NCBI RefSeq assembly: GCF_009914755.1
Contig: NC_060927.1
DNA length: 64,000 bases
Origin: the human T2T-CHM13v2.0 reference genome, Homo sapiens
Strand: one strand, 5' to 3'
The first letter of the stretch is position 1. Each line of letters begins with the position of its first letter. Both the position numbers and the translations under genes were made by a program. The notes beneath the pieces are model-generated. The model saw nothing but the letters and a program-made list of their open reading frames with translations, did not search any database and was not told where the DNA came from. Of the stretch, positions 17,745-35,274 are shown piece after piece.

Positions 17745-18570
17745 TGGTAGAGCTTTTGAAACTTTGTATGTCTCCATTCACATTCTTCTCTTCCTATCAG
17801 AGGTGACCAACTTTCCTGAATTTTGTTATTCATTCCCTTTCTTTTTTTTATGGCTTTATGCATATGTTTATATTCCTAAATAATATATTAGTTTTGCCGA
17901 TTGACCTATATATAAGTGAAGTCATACTACCTGTATTATTTTCAACTTTGGTTTTGAGATTCATTCATGTTAGTACATTTTATTGTAAATTATTCATTTT
18001 CACTATTGAATTTGTTTGAATATAGCATGTTACTTTTACATTCCAGTGTTCATAATGTTGGCTTTCTAGTTTCTTTCTATTATAGACAATATTGCCATGA
18101 ATATTTTTTTACTTGTTTTCTGGTGTTATACATACACAAAATTTTCTCTAGGGTAACTGGCCGTAGGAATGCTGGGTCATAATGTACATTTTCAGCTTCA
18201 CTAGGTAAATGATATTTTTTCCCTCAGTTTATGTTCCCACAGCAATATATAAAAAATCTTCTGCTCTATATCCCTGCCAACCCTTGACATGATTAGATTT
18301 TTTTTTTTTGTATTTTCTTATCTGCAAAGGTATTAAATGGGGGTCACGTTGTAGTCTTAAAGTTAATTTTCCTTGTTATTGTAAGATTCATACGTTTATT
18401 TGCCATTTGTGTTTACTATAGACACTTGTTCATTTTTATATTAAATTGTCTTTGTTATTGTGTTGTGGGAGCCTTTATATATTCTGGATACTAAACTTTT
18501 CCCAACTATATATATTGCAGATACCTTCTGGATTGTGACTTGTCTCTTCACTCTTTATGGTTTCACTTGG
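17745..18570 (-). mobile_element. Old L1ME 3' fragment
   Basis: ttttgagattcattcatg, aggaatgctgggtcata, tttatatattctggatact. Confidence 0.6.
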
Positions 18571-18979
18571 CTTCTTTATATACTCCCACAAGATTTTGTC
18601 AAATTATTTTTATTGGGCAGAATTTCCTTCCCTTTCTCCCTTCCCAATCTAAAACTTATAAAACTTTGACATATAAGAAAGATAAGAGGAGATGATCTGA
18701 TTAGGTGGTAGACCTGGAGTACTATATGGCTTTCTTTGAGGCAGTTAGAACCTTGGGGTTTATCCAGGAATCCATACTGGCCACATACTTTGCTAGGGCC
18801 CTTGGGCTGTGAAGAGACCTGAAGACATGGAGGAGAGAACATAGTCTATTTTGATAATCACTTTAGTTTGAATGGACTGGAGTAGGAAATGAGGGGGAAG
18901 GTGAATCCAAAAATTAGACAAGGGCCAAGTAAGGAAGTCTTGTGTTTAATATAAGGAACTTGGATTTTATCCTGTAGAC

Positions 18980-19304
18980 CAGGCATCAGTAAGCTATGGC
19001 CTATAGACCAAATCTGGCCTACCACCTGTTTTTGCATGACCTGCAAGCAAAGAATGATTTTTTACATTGTTAAATGATTGGGAAATTGAATAAAAATTAT
19101 ATTTTGTGATGTGTGAAAAATAAAATTCAAGTCTGTGTCCATGATAAGGTTTTATTGCAACAGTCACACCCATTTCTTTGTAAGTATTGTCTATGGATGC
19201 TTTTGAGCTGCAGTGGCAAGAGCTAAATAGTTGCTACAGACACAGTAGGGCCTGCAGAGGCCAATATTTTTCTCTGGCCCTTTAAGAAAATTTACCAACC
19301 CTTG
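18980..19304 (+). mobile_element. MER58B-like hAT-Charlie
   Basis: 8-bp TSD ctgtagac/ctgtagat; caaatctggcctaccacctgtttttg; ctctggccctttaagaaaatttaccaacccttg. Confidence 0.85.
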
Positions 19305-20506
19305 CTGTAGATGCTAGAGGGCTAATGAAGAATTTAATCATAGACTAACACAATCATCTTTATATTGTAGTAGCTAACATTGGTAGGTCTCTAGAATATT
19401 GCTGGAAGATGGGCAAGACTAGAGTCAAGGGAAATGATTAGACTGTAGCAATGTTTCTTAAATTGCATATTAGTTAATGTGCTACAGAAGAGAGTTTTGT
19501 TTTTGAGTCTTTAGTTTGACAAATACTGTGTTAAACAAGTGCTAGCAGGTGTCTTTACTGCTGGAGTGAGTTCAAACCTTTATTGTGGGACAGTTTACTG
19601 TGAATGCCTAAGAGGAGAATGTAGAGGGCACCATTTGCTAATGGTTTTGAAGAATATGCTACTCTGAGTTATAAGAATGAACATTTATTTAAGTCATCTG
19701 TCTTATTTTCTGTCAGGGGATGGGTCAACCTGCATTACACATTGTTAAGGCAGATATCTTCTGATATCTGTTGTGGAACAGATGCACTAAGATGAGTGGG
19801 AGTGTTTATATCACTGCAGATCTAATGTTTGCAAAAATCTTCTGTATATTTATCTGATATGGGAAGTTTGGAGCATGTAAATGATAAATAAGAAAAGAAG
19901 ATTGATTAACAGTGGAGGTGCTGAATTGAAGAGACCATTTGAAATCAGTCGATAAGCGTATGGGACTTGAACAGATGAGCTTAACTGAAAGGCCAGATTT
20001 TCTTGCTTATCCCATCTCTATAGCACAGCCTTCGGCAGGCTTTCAGACTGTTCCTTTGGAGCCAAAGACTAAATAGCTTGGAAAAATGTATTGTCTAATT
20101 CTTGTTCTGGTACAAGGTTCTTGTTGTCTGCTGTATCTTTTTCTAAACTCAGAATACCTTTTAAAATGCTTTTAAATCAAACTCAGGTGTAAGTAATTAA
20201 GATATCTCTATTTTTAAGCAGATGAATTCATTAAAGTACACTAAGTGGAAAATCTGCCAGTGTTTGACAGAAATTAACTGCAGGTCAAATTTTGAATCCA
20301 ATTTTGTTTTATAACAATGCCTGTTAATAACTGTATAGTTATATATAACAATACCAAATGGTCTACATTTATTAAACTCCTTTTATTTTGGGGATACAGG
20401 TATATCAGGTATTCTGAAAAGAAATAATATAAATTATTAAATCAGTATAACAAAATGGGTATTTTTCTTTTGATTTCTATTAACATTAATTTTTTTCTTT
20501 GAACAG

Positions 20507-20604
20507 ATGATGAATAAGGTATTTGGAGGTACTGTGCACAAAAAAAGTGTCAGAGAAGATGGAGTTTTCAACATTAGTGTGGATAATACATGTTCATTAT
20601 TCAG
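20507..20604 (+). CDS. GMPS: GMPS exon 4 (MMNKVFGG...CSLFR)
   Basis: gaacag|ATG acceptor, CAG|gtatta donor; phases match the neighbours. Confidence 0.96.
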
Positions 20605-20871
20605 GTATTACATTTTTAGATGAATAAGAACAATAGTAATTAACTAATTTAAAGTTGATACTATTATTTTTAACAATTGGAGATTCTATAATTCATAAAC
20701 AAAATTAAGGGTATAGTAGTGACCACAAGTGTAATTGTCATATTTGCCTTCCAGTTGAGTGTCAAGACAGTGTGGGTTGGTGGTGATGTTAATAGGGAAT
20801 AAGGAAGGTATTTAAGAAATTTGAAAACGCCTGTGCAGTTGTGGAACCCTACTTGGAATCGTATATTGTGA

Positions 20872-21232
<361 letters not shown>

Positions 21233-21649
21233 GAAGATTATTATTTTTCAAAGGAAGATTAATAAAAAAGCCAAGGTTGCTCAAAATAATTTTTTAAACT
21301 GAAGTTACTCATTGTCAAAATGAGTTTGAAATCCAGTGCTTGTTCAGCTTCATAATGGAGAGGTGTTGACACTTACATTCATCCTTATTTCATGTGACTC
21401 ATCTTGAGAAACATTTCAGGAATCTTGTATGTGATATACCAGAAGAAGCTTTAAACATAAAGATTTGGTTAAGATTTGACATTTTTCTGTCTTTCTAGTT
21501 CTAAAATTCTGGGACTCTATCACAACCTATACTATTCCTAAACAACAATGTCAACAACAAACCCCAAAATATCTTTTTGACATTAATGTACTTTATCTTC
21601 TTGCTTTATTTTTAATTTACATTTTTATTCCTTAGTATTATTTATTATT

Positions 21650-21944
<295 letters not shown>

Positions 21945-22803
21945 GTTCCTTATTATTATTTAATATCGAGTTCTTAGTCAGATTTTCCATAACGTAAACA
22001 GTATATTTTTATGGTTGATTTGTTTGAATCAGGGTCCAGAGAAAGTGTACACATTACATTTGATTAATGTTACTTAAGTCTCTTAAGTAACACTTACTTA
22101 ACTAAGTTTCATTAATTTGTTTGGCACTAGAGGTCCACATTGGTACTGGGTTGTAATTGTTTCTAGGACTTTCAGATAACAGAGTTGGGCAGTACCTAGT
22201 CTTTTAGAATTGGGAAACAGAATCATTAGTGTATACTTATTTCCAGTTAAAATGAAAGATTATAGGGTTTTTACCTAACTCTTTTGATTTTGTATCTCCC
22301 TACTCTTAAGCTGAAAATGTTGATTACTAATTATTTGTTTTAACCTACAGTATGCCTGTATCTATATTGTACTTACAGTTACAGGATAACAGTTTCAGTA
22401 CTAAGTCCTATTACTACTTACATAAGACTACCGAATGAAGTGTTAAGGTCTTTGAAATACCTCTGTTCTTAACATAAATCTCAACAGATATATAATGTTG
22501 AAATTATTGTTCTGTAATCTCTTGAAATTATTCCTGTGTGTCTGGTTATACTACCAACTTCATATATTTATTTGTTCTAGTTTCCTTCCAATTTTTATGG
22601 ATTGCCTTTTTTAAGGTCTAAGGTTTTTTATTGGCTTTATTTGTAATGGACATAATATTTGAATTCTAGCAGTATTCCATTGTCACTTTTTTTTTTTCTG
22701 TTTTTCTAATCATGTATGGCAAGCTTGTGTTTCTAAAACAAAAGAACCCATGAATCATGTTTTTAATTAAGATATTTGTGTGTTTTATTTTTTGTATGTT
22801 TAG

Positions 22804-22907
22804 GGGCCTTCAGAAGGAAGAAGTTGTTTTGCTTACACATGGAGATAGTGTAGACAAAGTAGCTGATGGATTCAAGGTTGTGGCACGTTCTGGAAACATA
22901 GTAGCAG
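22804..22907 (+). CDS. GMPS: GMPS exon 5 (GLQKEEVVLLTHGDSV...IVA)
   Basis: tttag|G acceptor, CAG|gtgaaa donor; HGDSV motif. Confidence 0.96.
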
Positions 22908-23324
22908 GTGAAAATTCTAAAAATTTTGCAGAGTTCATTTAAAAAACTTTATCTGAAGAGTAAGCATATGCTTCTGTATGAGGTACTCTTTGATTTTTCC
23001 TTTTTCTTCTGATTTTTCTTCTCTTTTTTTTAAAGATAATAATGAATGTAGGATTAACTGTTATGAAGGGAATTTAATAATAGGAGGATTATCCAGAAGT
23101 CTCTCACTTACTGGTTTACTGGTTTGCTTTGAAATACGTTGAAAAATGTTCATCCTAATATAAGCTTTTCAAACATAAAACACTATACTTTTGTAACTCA
23201 GGAAAAATTTGAGAACTCGCTGTCTTCATACTATACTATATTCAGAGTTACTTGTCTTTTATTCCTTTCTTAGGTGTACATAGCCCATAGCACCCAAATA
23301 AGTACTCAAGACATTTCCCTGAAC

Positions 23325-23505
23325 CAGGGTTGGCAAACTGTGACTTGTGGGTCAAATCTAGTCTTTTGCCTTTTTTTAATGTCCAGGAGCTAAGAATGAT
23401 TTTTACATTATTAAAGGGTTATAATAAAATACAGGGACTGTGTATGTTGCACAGAGCCCGAACTATTTACTCTCTAGTCCTTTGCAGAAAGTTTGCTGAC
23501 CCATG
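23325..23505 (+). mobile_element. MER58-family hAT-Charlie
   Basis: cagggttggcaaact ... aaagtttgctgacccatg TIRs. Confidence 0.8.
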
Positions 23506-23946
23506 CTCTTAAACCATTTTGTTCTCTAATTTTTTGAGGAAGGGGAATTGACTTTCTGGCTGTTTGGGGTTTTGACTTGCTTACCTGAATAATGTAAATG
23601 GTCACTAATATTCCTGGAAGTTAGTAAAAGAAAAAGGTGGGTTTATCACTAAAGTTCTCTTTGAGATACCACACCTAAATAATAAGTTGAAAAAAAGATT
23701 TGTCATGGACATGCTGAATTTAGTAATCTGCCTGCTGTTACTTAACAGACATTAGCATAATGTATGCTAATATGTTAGCATAGGAATGCCCAAGAATGGT
23801 TTTATACTAAAAGTTTTTTACTTCATAAAAAAAGATCAACAGTGGTAGATAAGCTTGTGTATTTTTATTCATCCAACAAACATTCGAGTACCTATTATGT
23901 GTCATGCACAGTTCTAGGTGTCAAGGATTTAGCAATGAATAAAATA

Positions 23947-24256
23947 GGCCAGGTGCGGTGGCTCTTACCTATAATTCCAGCACCTTGGGAGACTGGAAAG
24001 TGGATAGCTTGAGGCCAGGAGTTCAATCCAGCCTGGGCACCATAGTGAGACCCCATCTCTACATAAAAATAATTTTAAAAAAATTAGCCAGGTGTGGTGA
24101 TGCACATTTGCAGTCCTAGCTACTCAGGAGGCTGAGGTGGGAGAATCATTTGGCCCTAAGAGATCATGACTGCGGTGAGCTGTGGTTGTGCCCCTACACT
24201 CCATCCTGGGCAACAGAGCAAGACCCTCTCTCCTAAGAAGAAAACAAAACCCAAAA
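23947..24256 (+). mobile_element. AluJ within L2
   Basis: Diverged full dimer. Confidence 0.9.
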
Positions 24257-24830
24257 CCAATATAGCAAAAATGCTTGTTTAACACTGGAAAAAGGGAAAG
24301 TAAACAATAAAGAAATACAGAATATGTCAGAATCAGATAGTGTTTACATTGAAAAAATGGGGGAAGAGGGTATTCTGGAATATGTGTGATTAGGGTTGTT
24401 GCAATTTTATAGGCTATTCAGGGAAGGCATTCCTATAAGATGACATTGGACATGAAGAAAATAAGTGCTAACCTTTTTGGATATTTGGGGAAAGAGGAAA
24501 CAGCAGTACAGAGATCCTGGGTGGGGACCATATTTGAGGAGCAGCAGGAATCCATGTGGTTGGAGCAGAGTAAGCATGGTGGGGAGAGTGAAAGAAGGTG
24601 AAATTAGAGAGGTAGTTGGATGCCAGAACACAGGACCTTTGGGCCACTGCAATACTTTGGCTTTACTCATAGTGAGGTGGGGTTTTAAGTGAAGGAGAGA
24701 TGTGATCTAATTTAAGGATTAAGCTGTGATGAGGAGAAAAGATACAGGGTGAAAGAGAAGCAAGAAGACAAGCTAGGAATTTATTGTAGTAATCAGGAGA
24801 GAGACAGCGTTGTCAGGATCAGGATAGTAG

Positions 24831-25144
24831 TGATAGATGCAGGAGGAAGATAAAGGGGAGGGTACCTGGAGAATCTCCCACCAGCCTGCCTACTGGGAGA
24901 ACAGGGTGGGGCCACAGGAAGTTCTCACCCTTTGCAGGAGGGAGGAGCCTGGCCTTTCCTGTTCCTGTGTGGTGACCTCGGATTCAATCTGTGAGATGGG
25001 GGCCTGTTAACAGGAAGCCTTCTCACTTTGCTGAGAGTTTTTTTCCCTTTTTCTCAATAAATTCCATTCCCCCTTACCCTTCAAAGTGTCTGCGTGCCTA
25101 ACTTTTCCTGGTCATGTGAAAAGAACCCGGTTTTTTCTACAGCA
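24831..25144 (+). mobile_element. ERV1-class solo LTR (family uncertain)
   Basis: TG...CA termini, 4-bp TSD GTAG (24827-30 / 25145-48), AATAAA 25056-61 followed by a typical U5 (acccttcaaagtgtctgcgtgcctaa). Confidence 0.8.
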
Positions 25145-25153
25145 GTAGAAGAG

Positions 25154-25226
25154 GAAGTTGTTAGGACCAGGGTGGCAGAGATAGAAGTTGTCAGGACTAG
25201 GGTGATAGAGGTAGACATTGTTAGGA
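25154..25226. repeat. 30-bp tandem repeat, ~2.4 copies
   Basis: gaagttgttaggaccagggtggcagagata / gaagttgtcaggactagggtgatagaggta / gacattgttagga. Confidence 0.75.
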
Positions 25227-26311
25227 GTGATTGGATTCCACTGTTTTGAAGGCAGAGACAGAGGATTTGCTGTTAGATTTAATATGGAGTGGGGAAGAAA
25301 AAGTAGAATCAAGTTTTAGCTCCCAAGTTTTTTTGCCTGAGGAACCAAAAGGAAGATGTTTCTATTTACCTGATTGGAAAGACCTCAGGAGTTTGAGTTT
25401 GCATATTAAATTCAAGATGGTTTATTAAACATCAAAACAAAGGTGCTGAGTAGGCAGTTGTATATATGAGCCTGGACTTTAGAGGAGAAAACTGGGCTGG
25501 AGGTATAAATTTGGGGGTTTACCAGCATACAGACAGAATTTTAAGGTGATGAGAGTATGAGATCTCTTAGAATATTTAGAAAAGAGATTTAAGGGCTGAG
25601 GACTGAGTAACTTCCATGTGTAGAGGTGGGCAAGATGAAGAGGAACCAGCAAAGAGATTCAGAAGGAATAGACAGTAAAATAAGTGAACCAAGAGAGTGG
25701 TATGCTGAGAGCCAAATAAAGTGTGAAGTACTGTGGTATAGTAGAATGAGTATGAGTTTGGGAGCCTGTCAGGCCTGATTTAGTTACTTAATTACCTGAG
25801 AGTTCATACAAGTTTCTTGATATCTCAGAGCCATAAAATAGGAGTAACACATGCACATGTAAAATACCTAGCCTAACATCTATTGCCCCATAGGTAATAT
25901 TTGCCAGAAACACATTTGTCAAGTAGTTGAATATATTTTTGTGGTTAATAGTAGTCAAGAAAGAAACAGTATATTCTGACAAGTCTAATATATGAGATTC
26001 TTTTAATATAAGAACTTGGTAGCTGTACAATGCATTTGAAAGCCATGTGCAACTGAGAACCAAAATTGAATTATCAATGCACTAGATAGACAAGGCAACT
26101 GAAGTAACTTGGGTGGAGAGGTGAGAATACTGTGAAACAATCTCTATGTGGGACTTAATGTACGTCCTATACCTCATTAATTGCTGTGTCAAGAAAGACC
26201 TTTATAAAGAAAGGTTATAGCAATGTAGTTTTTGTCTTTGTTATGTATTTCCTATTCCTATAGCTAAAAATCTACTGAGACATACCAGTTTTAACATTTA
26301 TAGAGGAAGAA

Positions 26312-27529
<1,218 letters not shown>

Positions 27530-27757
27530 GTAAGCAAATTATTATCTGGAAGTCTACAAATTTATATCAATAATATTGGAATCCAGGAGTTAGAGTCCTC
27601 AACACAGCCCTTAAATGTTCTACAGTTTTAGAGTGCTTTTCCAGTTACCATACATATCTTTGGTATAAATAGCACTTTTAGATAAAGATTTAAGCCAATA
27701 GTGTTTATTTTCTTTTTGCTTGTTTTGCTCATTTTGATTTTTCATTTTACCCCGTAG

Positions 27758-27923
27758 GTTTTACTCAGTGGTGGAGTAGACTCAACAGTTTGTACAGCTT
27801 TGCTAAATCGTGCTTTGAACCAAGAACAAGTCATTGCTGTGCACATTGATAATGGCTTTATGAGAAAACGAGAAAGCCAGTCTGTTGAAGAGGCCCTCAA
27901 AAAGCTTGGAATTCAGGTCAAAG
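27758..27923 (+). CDS. GMPS: GMPS exon 7 (VLLSGGVDS...GIQVK)
   Basis: ccgtag|GTT acceptor, AAG|gtattg donor; PP-loop SGGVDS. Confidence 0.97.
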
Positions 27924-28198
27924 GTATTGAAGAACCTCAGAAAAGTTAACTTACATGTTAGGACTTGTTTAATCAAATCTAGTCTTATGGTTTAAATGAG
28001 CACAATTACAGTTTTCTCAGTATGCTCAAGGTTGAAAATGTTTTTTATTTTTACAATTACCTCTGGTGTAAGAGAGGTCTCAGTATAAATTTTTAAACTA
28101 TTGATTCTGCTAATTTAATACATAGATTGATAAATTAACATTTTCTAGCTACTGTTCAGTTCTCTTCTAGTCATTCACTTTTAAAATTATCTTTTCCT

Positions 28199-28499
<301 letters not shown>

Positions 28500-30134
28500 G
28501 AAATTATCTTTTCCCACTCTATTTAATGATATTTATGTACGAGGCTACCCAAGCCCTCCTCAGGTATGGGTATACAGATTATTTTGCAAACAGAAAAGCT
28601 TATTGTGGGAGAGGTAAAGATTCTATACTTTTTTTTTAAAGGGCCACTAGTAAACTTCTTAGTCCTTAATAACATTTACTTTTGTAGATACCTTTTATAC
28701 TTTTTAAAAACAAGGTGCAATTGATAGTTATAATGAAATGAGGTCAGTAGTTTAATGATAAAAGTTATTGTACATATTATGGAATTAATTGGAATTGATA
28801 CCAAAAGGCTGAATAAAATGAAGACTTGTAGGTAAGTATGATGTGAACATGAGTCTATTTTTTTGAAACTTCTCTAAAATAACAGTAAAAGCATAAAACA
28901 GTGTAATACCTTAAGGATGTGGGATAGAGGAGATGACAGAAGACAGATGGTTTCAATAAAGTGTTGGAAAGTGGAAAGCAGATGGGTAAAGGTGGATTTT
29001 CTCTGTTTAAGCTAGGGGGGTCTCTCCCAACATCCTGGGAAGGTCCCCAATGGTATCTTCACATGGTGATAGGTTTTTGTGAAATTTGCAAGATATTTTG
29101 ATAATTTGTAGTTGTTTATTTTCTTTCAACTCTGACTTGTTTTCTGTTAGGTGGTGCTGGAATAGCTGTGGGCATTTTGAAATCAGGCTAAGACAAAGAT
29201 GAGCTGGGGATGTGCTTAGTATGGGTTTAGTGGTATATATGTGATTTGCAATTATTTCTGTGTATAGTTAAGTACTTGTTAGCCATCCCAGTATAACTTA
29301 AGATTTTTAGTATCTTATTTGTTATTCTGGTTCTTGAAGGAGTCCTTCAAATTGTAAAACTTGGATCTGTCCCTGGTAACTGACATAGCAGAATGGAGGA
29401 ATTCACAACCTTGGGGTGGGGTGGGAAGGAAGCCAATAAAAAGCAAGCTGATTTGTGCTGTAGACTTCTGGGGAGGCTCAGGAATTTGAAGCATTGGGTT
29501 CTTTTTGGGACATTGGTCTCTGGGTTAGCCTAAAACAGGGATTAGTTAAAAATCTGAGAAGCAGATCCTTTTCCTTAGCACAGGAGCAAACTGTGCTCTC
29601 CTTCCCCATCAGAACACTGTGGATGTATTCTCTAGAGGGGCTAAACGAGAGGTTCTGGGCTTGAGCCTACTAATACCAGGCATAGTTGAGGGTGGAGGTA
29701 AGACTCTACATTAAGAACAGGATTAAGTAAAATTCTCTATGCTGAATGGTGATTCCCTCTTCCTACCACTTCCTCTGTTTAACTGCCAGAATGCCAATAG
29801 GCAGGAGAGTAGATATGTCTTCTCTGGGTAGTTGACCAGGTACAGGAAAGACCTACAAATTCACTGGCTTTTCCACAATGAAATAGCCAGCTGCCTTGTC
29901 ATCTTACGGTGAAGGCCTCCAGTAGCTAAGTTTTATTAGCAAATAGAGATCTTAGTTTTTAGTTTCTTGTCATTAAATAAAAAGCCAAGGATTGTTAAAT
30001 GTATGTTCATAAATATTAGTTTTACAAGACACTAGGGTGTGATTCCAACAGCTTTGACTCCGTTTAGGAGCCGGTGCTTTTGACTTCTTTGGGGCTAAGC
30101 TTCTTGCTGTGGCTTCTGCTTGTTGCTCTGGTGA

Positions 30135-30464
<330 letters not shown>

Positions 30465-30484
30465 CTAATCAGCATAATTTGTGA

Positions 30485-30890
<406 letters not shown>

Positions 30891-31063
30891 AATAATTCTT
30901 GAATATTGATAGTTTATTGAAATTTGTAGGCAGATTTAGGGGAGATCAAAGGACTGCTCTTCAGACTGGGAAAGAAATAGCTTTTCTTTCTGTATTTTGA
31001 CTTGTTATTTTTGATTAAAAAACATGTTATACCAATTTAAAACGCTTCTCCCCTTTCCTCCAG

Positions 31064-31215
31064 TGATAAATGCTGCTCATTCTTTCTACAATGGAACAAC
31101 AACCCTACCAATATCAGATGAAGATAGAACCCCACGGAAAAGAATTAGCAAAACGTTAAATATGACCACAAGTCCTGAAGAGAAAAGAAAAATCATTGGG
31201 GATACTTTTGTTAAG
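31064..31215 (+). CDS. GMPS: GMPS exon 8 (VINAAHSF...IIGDTFVK)
   Basis: cctccag|TG acceptor, AAG|gtacct donor; PEEKRKIIG motif. Confidence 0.97.
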
Positions 31216-31385
31216 GTACCTTTGTTTTTAATATCCTCAACATGTACTATTTTTGATGTGAATCTTAGTATTTGTTTTTCCTTGTCACTATATCAAATAA
31301 CCAAATTAGCTAATTTTAATCCTTTTTCTTATGTGGCTGAGAGTTTTATTGTATATTGTCATTATATTGACCAGTAGAAACTGTT

Positions 31386-31712
31386 TTATGTTTTTTTGTT
31401 GTTGTTTGGTTTTTTTTTTGTTTTTTTGAGACAGAGTCTTGCTGTGTCACCAGGCTGGGCTGGAGTGCAGTTGCACGATCTCGGCTCGCTGCAACCTCTG
31501 CCTTCTGGGTTCAAGTGATTCTCCTGCCTCAGCCTCCTAAGTAGCTGGGACTACAGGGGTGCACCATCATGCCCAGCTAATTTTTGTACTTTTAGTAGAG
31601 ACGGGGGTTTCACCATGTTGGCCAGGTTGGTCCGGATCTCCTGACCTCATGATCCGCCCGCCTCAGCCTCCCGAACTTCTGGGATTACAGGTGTGAGCCA
31701 CTATGCCCAGCC
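31386..31712 (-). mobile_element. AluSc-like
   Basis: TSD aactgttttatgtttt. Confidence 0.93.
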
Positions 31713-31841
31713 AACTGTTTTATGTTTTAATAAACATGTTTGCCTACATTGCCAGGCTATTATTTTAAGAATAGATGTCTTTAAGAGTAGATGTATTCAG
31801 CTTATCATAGACTTTAATTCATTGATTATCTCAATGGCTAA

Positions 31842-32493
<652 letters not shown>

Positions 32494-32663
32494 TGAATCG
32501 TGTTAGAGGACATGTTCATTAAGGAGTTTATTTTGGAGATTGGTGGATTTTATTTTCTGATCAGTATTTCTAAAGGACTCTAAGAGATTTAGCTGAAAGT
32601 ATAAACTTTTGCTTTTAAAAAAAGTTATCTCTTACAAGGCTGTTTTACTCCTGTTGATTATAG

Positions 32664-32837
32664 ATTGCCAATGAAGTAATTGGAGAAATGAACTTGAAAC
32701 CAGAGGAGGTTTTCCTTGCCCAAGGTACTTTACGGCCTGATCTAATTGAAAGTGCATCCCTTGTTGCAAGTGGCAAAGCTGAACTCATCAAAACCCATCA
32801 CAATGACACAGAGCTCATCAGAAAGTTGAGAGAGGAG
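32664..32837 (+). CDS. GMPS: GMPS exon 9 (IANEVIG...IKTHHND...LREE)
   Basis: tatag|ATT acceptor, GAG|gtaaaa donor; [13 protein letters not shown] motif. Confidence 0.97.
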
Positions 32838-33622
32838 GTAAAAGTTTATGAAAACTTTTTCATAAAGTAGATACATGGAAAGTCTTCCATTCTTCCCTCC
32901 TCTTCCCTCTAATATTCACAGAATTGCATAACCATCACCACATCTAATTTTAGAACATTTTCCTTACCCTAAAAAGGAACCTTATACCCATTAGCAGTCA
33001 CTCCTCGTTCTACCTGTTGTTGTCATTGTCATCCTGCCCCCACCCCCCAGCTCCTCCTTTCCTCCTTTCTTGCCAGCCCTAGGCAATTACCAACCACTAA
33101 TTTATTTTCTGTCTCTATAGATTTGCTTATTTTGGGCATTTTATATAAATGGAATGGTACAATATGTGGTCTTTTATGACTGGCTTCTTTTACTTACCGT
33201 AACGTTTTCAAGGTTCATCCATGTTGCTGCATGTATCAGAACTTTATTCCTATTTATTGCCAGATAATATTCCATCTTATGGGTATAATGCATTGTATTT
33301 ATCCTTTGATCAGCTGATGGGCTTTTGGGTTATTTCCACTTTTTGGCTGTTATAAGTAATGCCGCCATGAATACTGGTCATAAGTTTTTGTGGATATGTG
33401 TTTTTATTTCTTTTGGTATATGCCTGGGAGTAGAATTGCTAGGTCTTAAGGTTTAACATTTTGATGAATTGCCAAACTATTATTTAAAATGATGATACAA
33501 TTTTACATTCGCACTAGCAATCTATGAGATTCAAATTTTTCCACATCCTCACCAAGACTTGTTGTTATCTCTTTTCTTATTGTAAAAAACACATAACATA
33601 AAGCTTACCATCTTAACTCTGA

Positions 33623-33933
<311 letters not shown>

Positions 33934-34243
33934 TAAGTATATAGTTCAGTAGTGTTAGGTGTATTCACATTGTTGTAAAACAGATCTTCAGAACTTTTCA
34001 TCTTGCAAAACAAACTCTATACCCGTTAAAAAACAACTCTCCCTTTTTTCTGGCCCCCACCCTCTGGTAACCACCATTCTGCTTTCTGTTTCTATGTTTC
34101 ACTACTTTAAATACCTCATATAGGTGGAATCATACAGTATTGCCTTTTTGTGACTTGCTTATTTCACTTAGCATAATGTCCTTAAGGTTCATTCATGTTG
34201 TAGCATGTGACAGAATTTCCTTCTTTTTTAAGACTGAAAAATG

Positions 34244-34541
34244 GGCCAGGCACAGTGGCTCATGCCTAGCGCTTTGGGAGGCTGAGGCGGGTGGATCACC
34301 TGGGGTCGGGAGTTTGAGACCAGCCTGGTCAACATGATGAAACCCCGTCTTTACTAAGAATACAAAAATTAGCCAGGCGTGATGGCGGGCATCTATAATG
34401 CCAGCTCCTTGGGAGGCTGAGGCAGGAGAATGGCTTGAACCCTGGAGGCGGAGGTTGCAATGAGCCAAGACTGCCATTGCACTCTAGCCTGGGCAACAAG
34501 AGTGAAACTCTGTCTCAAAAAAACAAACAAACAAACAAAAC
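34244..34541 (+). mobile_element. AluSq-like
   Basis: Full dimer with (aaac)n tail. Confidence 0.93.
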
Positions 34542-34805
34542 AGACTGAGTAATGTACTACTATATGTATATAACACATTTTGCCTATCCATTTTTGTTTA
34601 TCTTTTGGATATATGCCCAGAATTGGGATTGCTGGATCATATGGTAGTTCTCTTTTTAATTTTTTTGAGGAACTTATTGTCCATAGCAATTGCACCATTT
34701 TACAATCTAACCAAAAGTACATAATGACTCCAATTTTTCCAAATGCTTACAATTTGTTATTTTCTATTTTTTTATGGTTGTGTTATCTGACTTTTAAAAA
34801 TTTTA

Positions 34806-35170
<365 letters not shown>

Positions 35171-35274
35171 CTAATAGCTAATGATGTTGAGCATTTTTTC
35201 ATGTTCTTGCTTATTGGCCATTTGTGTATCTTGGAGAAATGTCTATTCGTATCCTTTGCTCCTTTTTTTAAAAA

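Larger units (their letters stand above)
23864..25725 (-). mobile_element. L2 element interrupted by an Alu and a solo LTR
   Basis: 3' end attcatccaacaaacattcgagtacctattatgtg; later gtaggcagttgtatatatgagcctgg...ctggaggtataaatttggg. Confidence 0.75.

Noticed and set aside
19751-19770. cagatatc-ttct-gatatctg hairpin as a possible snoRNA/miRNA
   Set aside because: Only an 8-bp stem; no box C/D or H/ACA arrangement identified.
23747-23780. ATGTATGC flanked by inverted arms resembling loxP
   Set aside because: The spacer matches, but the right arm has little identity to the Cre-binding arm; most likely chance.
25154-25226. 30-bp repeats as a CRISPR-like array
   Set aside because: No spacers, only ~2.4 degenerate adjacent copies inside L2, and a eukaryotic context.
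27530-27757. Short intron 6 (228 nt, multiple of 3) as an in-frame retained intron
   Set aside because: In-frame TAG at 27629-27631.
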